DNA of 64,000 bases from the NCBI GenBank assembly GCA_043228905.1, contig JBHGNT010000003.1, forward strand, positions 18,848,001 through 18,912,000, in the 5' to 3' direction. Of the stretch, positions 61,733-64,000 are shown in pieces; position 1 is the stretch's first letter; every line of letters begins with the position of its first letter. Position numbers and translations under genes: made by a program. Under the pieces are notes generated by a model. That model searched no databases. It was not told the origin of the DNA and saw only the letters and a list, made by a program, of their open reading frames with translations. This DNA comes from Azolla caroliniana (Eukaryota; Plantae; Polypodiophyta).

Positions 61733-63808
61733 TCACTTCATGTCTTCCTGCGTGACTTCCTTTACATCTTCCTTTGTTTCTTCCTTCACACATTGACTAG
61801 ATTCTGAATGAAGATCTTCTCTCGCCTTTTTATATTCCAAATTATTCGAATCATCATCAACATTACTTTTATGCGAGCCTTCGCCATTGTCACTATCACA
61901 TGGGAATGCATTTGGTATATTTAGTGATTGTGCTTCTTTCAAGGCTGCCTTATGCTCCTCCTTCATGGACTCCATTCTGGTCATCTTTTGTGTTGCCGGG
62001 GGTTCCGTAACATTTTCCTTCATAAGCTAAGCATAGCATATCATATCACATGTTGCAATCATATTAGACCACTGAAAATATCCATATCCCGAAGATTCAG
62101 TCTACAATGAACTAATGAACACATTTGATCCACCAAGAGAATGAAATAATCATCTAAAGTATTGCAAAAAAAACACATTTGCAAATGCCAGATTCTATAT
62201 TAACTCAGTTTTCAAAATTATTTATTGCCATGAACTATCTAAGAACGCATACCACAAAATGAAATAAAAAAAATTGAAATTTTGTACTACTAGGGAAACA
62301 ATCAAATAATGTTCTAAAAAAGGAAAGTAGGAAAACAAACAAATCAAATCAAATATAAATGGTGCACCCTAAATCCTAAATTCACATTTTATCAATGACA
62401 TGTAAAATAATTTTCATTTTAGATCATCATGTACTTCAAGACAACTTATTCTTGATGATATGTGAAAGATTCTTTTCATAATCCAAAGCAACATTTCTTT
62501 ATTTTATAAATGTTTTAGTCAAGAACTTTTGCTAAGCGTCTACAAAACTTGTTTCCATATGCTCAAAACTCATCCACGTCTCTTTCTGCGGCCTCTGGCC
62601 GATTTGATTGTTCTAAATGTTGCTAACTTTCTTGGTCATTAGGGACACTGTCAAATCAGCATCACTACTACAAAATCGAAAAATAACATTATATAAAAAT
62701 CTAAGATGAGGAATACCTCTAATGCCCGTGATGATTCTTTCTCGATCCACACCAATGAGTGATCCTTTGTGGCATCGCAAGACAGGACAACATGCTCAAA
62801 GCGACCCTTAACTGGGACAGCTGATTTAACTATGGGAGGTACTCGTCCACAACTGCAAAATATCAAATAACCTTGTATATCTCTTCTCAATTATATACAT
62901 GAAAAATTGTTTTCTTCTTCTTTTTACCTTTTCTTACATTTTTATGATTTTTTATCTTTTTCGTTTTTCTCATTCTTTCATTCTTTCAAATATTTCCCTT
63001 TTTCTATTTCATATTTTCCTATGTTTTCATTCTTTCCATTTTTATTTGTTACTTTCAATGATTTTGTTTTTTCAATTTTGGTTTGAACTTTCATTTTCTC
63101 CCATTCTTCCATTTTATCCTAATTCTTGCAGTTTTGCAGCTTTTTTCATGTTTTGATGGTTATTGATTGGCTTCCCTCTATAAAGTCTTCCAATTGCAGA
63201 TCAATCAAACAAATCACAAAAAGTCTTGAACATTTTTTAAATGAAAATTATCTCTGTTTTTCACTAAGAAAAATAACTAGCCTGCCTATGGCAATGCTGT
63301 TTGGGTACTAGCGTAAAAAGGGACAACATGGGGTGATTCTTGGCAATTGCTCAGATCATATGATCTACAGTTAACTGAGGATGGGGAGGATGACTCACAA
63401 AATGGAGTTGAAGAAAATTTCAAAAATATATAGCTGAAAGAAAAATGGAGGGTAGAATCTTCCTCTGGTAAATAAAGACCAAAAAGCTTCTGAGCTGGAG
63501 TCCGAGACTTGCAAAAAAAATTCCAGAAGGTTTTCTAGGAAAGCAGAGGATGAATTTGTTTAAAAACTAATATTTCTGCATTAAGTACATGTTAATATAT
63601 ACTGTTATATAATGTTCTACGCTATATATTATTCTATGTTGTATTCTTCCCATAATTCACATATCTTTAAGAGCTATACCTGCAAGACTTCTTATTGACA
63701 ATGTGATATACACGTCCAGGAGTGTAGAGCCTTCTTGAGTCACGTATTGCCTGCTTATTCAGCCTGAATGTGTCTTTAGTACATCTGCTGCAAAGCAGGC
63801 ATGGCAAG
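61733..63808 (-). CDS. 3' exons of a class-3 lipase family protein (At5g37710/At3g49050-like); the 5' part lies beyond the window
   Basis: Exons 63808-63680, 62852-62717 and 62026-61733 splice in frame to LPCLLCSRCTKDT...RRLYTPGRVYHIV...CGRVPPIVKSAVPVKGRFEHVVLSCDATKDHSLVWIEKESSRALELMKE...EEHKAALKEA, matching the C-terminus recalled for this family. The catalytic GxSxG is not in the window. Confidence 0.85.
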
Positions 63809-64000
63809 CTACACAAACATATTGAAACTGGCATTAGAATTTGGAACCCACAATGTGAATATACGAGAAAACAAAAATATGGAAAAAATTAATGAAAGCA
63901 AAAGTTTACGTTAGGTTCTCCCCTTTAATTAAGTCTTGCCACCTAAGACAGATTGTAGTATGTACTGAAATTTCATATACGAAGTGGGAACCACTTAGAC

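Overview
Eukaryotic nuclear DNA from a land plant. The PLS-PPR type, the Tcn1/sushi-like Gypsy element and the (GA)n-rich background suggest a fern or another seed-free plant (inference). Six host genes are supported: COP9 signalosome subunit 2, a membrane RING-H2 E3 ligase, a long PLS-E PPR protein, a conserved single-TM plant protein, a small CxCSPTxHPGSFRCRLH protein, and the 3' exons of a class-3 lipase-like gene. The rest is nested mobile DNA. At the left end a decayed Gypsy sits inside a decayed Copia, and that Copia's LTR holds a solo LTR. Further along are a young intact Copia inside an L1 remnant, a near full-length RTEX-like LINE with many truncated copies, a hAT-type MITE and a SINE-like unit with two tRNA-like heads. 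Three signals stand out: (1) LINE ends and truncated LINE pieces are repeatedly bounded by sense-strand (CT)n, suggesting a microsatellite-targeting LINE; (2) the Gypsy shows a Tf1-type self-priming signature and a Pol III-like tRNA module in its LTR; (3) a repeated unit carries two convergent tRNA-like heads. All calls are by eye, with no database searches. Exon and TE boundaries marked ~ are approximate.
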